Source: Candidatus Rokubacteria bacterium 13_1_40CM_68_15
GTDB taxonomy: Bacteria; Methylomirabilota; Methylomirabilia; Rokubacteriales; CSP1-6
DNA: 61,675 nt
Assembly (NCBI GenBank): GCA_001917585.1
Contig: MNEG01000148.1
Location: 1 to 61,675, forward strand
Direction of reading: 5' to 3'
Part shown: in pieces, positions 60,882 through 61,675 of the stretch
Numbering within the stretch: the stretch's first letter is position 1
Layout of the letters: each line of letters begins with the position of its first letter
Notes under the pieces: model-generated
The model's input: the letters and a program-made list of their open reading frames with translations, nothing else
Databases searched by the model: none
What the model was told of the DNA's origin: nothing
Made by a program: the position numbers and the translations under genes

Positions 60882-61675
60882 ACCGCATCGCCGGGACGAT
60901 CTCGCGCGCGATCAGCCCGATGGCATCCACGTCGTCGAGATCGAACATCTGGAGCATGACGCGCGTGATGCCGAGCACGCGCCATCGTTCGAGGTCCCGG
61001 CGGACCTCGTCGGGGCTGCCGTAAAGGAAGCCCGCCTCGCGCCAGCCCGCTTCGTCGCCCGGCACACGCGGAAACACCGCGCGCACCCGATCGAGACGCC
61101 GGCGGACCTCGTCGGACGAGCGGCCGATCACGATGGGGACCATGAGCGAGCGGCGGATCGTCGTGGACTCGCGGCCGCTCGCCCGGCAATGAGCCTCCAG
61201 CACGCGAACCTTCTGCTGATACTCGTCGAAGGTCACGCGTGTCGTGTTCCACTCGTCGGCGTGCTCGGCGACGATGCGCAGGGTGCGCCGCTCGCCTCGG
61301 CCTCCGATGATGAGCGGCACGAACCCGCGCGTGGGCCGCGGATAACTCTCGGCCGCGACGAGCGGGTAATACGGCTGGTCCAGCGTGACCGGTTGGCCTC
61401 GCCACAGAGCCCGGATGGCGCGCGCGCCGCAGTCGAGGCGATCGAGGCGCTCCTTCACGGGTGGAAACGGGATCCCGAACATGCGGTGCTCACCCTCGTG
61501 CCAGCCGGCCCCGATCCCGAGATCGAGCCGCCCGCCGGACAGCACGTCGATGGCGGCCGCGCGCTTGGCGACGAGCGCAGGGTGATGGAAGGTCAGCGGC
61601 GAGACGAGCGGACCGAAGCGAATGGCGCGCGTGGCCGTGGCCAGCCACGTGAGCGATGCCCACGTCTCGAGCGAC
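60880..61675 (-). CDS. LLM class (F420-dependent-like) oxidoreductase, 5'-partial at window edge
   Basis: The frame is open to the window end (...LTWLATATRAIRFGPLVSPLTFHHPALVAKRAAAIDVLSGGRLDLGIGAGW...), the typical luciferase-like pattern. Stop TAG 60880-60882. Confidence 0.8.
   Translation of the reverse strand, partial: SLETWASLTWLATATRAIRFGPLVSPLTFHHPALVAKRAAAIDVLSGGRLDLGIGAGWHEGEHRMFGIPFPPVKERLDRLDCGARAIRALWRGQPVTLDQPYYPLVAAESYPRPTRGFVPLIIGGRGERRTLRIVAEHADEWNTTRVTFDEYQQKVRVLEAHCRASGRESTTIRRSLMVPIVIGRSSDEVRRRLDRVRAVFPRVPGDEAGWREAGFLYGSPDEVRRDLERWRVLGITRVMLQMFDLDDVDAIGLIAREIVPAMR

Overview
Very GC-rich bacterial chromosomal window. Codon third positions are almost all G/C, so every real gene casts long antisense or off-frame shadow ORFs, and many long ORFs in the supplied track are such shadows. 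I can support about 65 genes, one tRNA and a few regulatory or repeat elements.

Layout:
- 0.1-16.5 kb: catabolic/transport block. It holds an NMT1-like SBP, a GatC/AtzG-like mini-subunit plus amidase, SDRs, an amidohydrolase, a MetE-like protein, a TctC/Bug SBP, gentisate 1,2-dioxygenase, an LLM oxidoreductase, a cyclase, an MBL hydrolase, two cupins, a Kelch protein, a Gfo/Idh/MocA oxidoreductase and a CocE/NonD hydrolase.
- 17-20 kb: decayed PoxB-like and PPC/DUF296 genes bracketed by two paralogous secreted proteins.
- 22.8 kb: tRNA-Asp(GTC), followed by a ~3.2-kb islet that ends at a degenerate copy of the tRNA 3' end.
- 27.5-40 kb: two paralogous PulG/PilA-like pilins and a PilV/W/X-like minor-pilin operon, each preceded by a sigma54-type -24/-12 element. 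Interspersed are a GAF hybrid histidine kinase, dut, a Qor-like reductase, a CoA-transferase, a frameshifted protease-rhodanese-cNMP fusion, a CpxP-like protein and a Crp/Fnr regulator.
- 40-48 kb: PepN, SRPBCC, DUF2877, a pentaheme cytochrome c, a methyltransferase and a GGT-like protein.
- 57.4-61.7 kb: a second MetE-like gene, a NYN/YacP protein, a polysaccharide deacetylase, a thermonuclease, a FlgC-like relic, an intergenic direct repeat and a partial LLM oxidoreductase.

Most interesting region, 49.4-57.4 kb: a RiPP-like cluster that I do not recognise as a described class. It comprises:
- a PqqD-type chaperone
- a radical SAM/SPASM maturase
- a 61-aa acidic-leader, Cys/Thr/Asn/Lys-rich-core precursor ORF, translationally coupled to the maturase
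- an HPr-kinase-like kinase
- a large S26-peptidase/TM/YVTN-propeller/IPT protein broken by five frame changes
- an NTP_transf_5-type nucleotidyltransferase
- a glutaminyl cyclase

A recurring theme is gene decay or indels. I count about eleven frame disruptions in six genes, plus several truncated genes. All family calls come from reading the translated sequences by eye; no database search was run.
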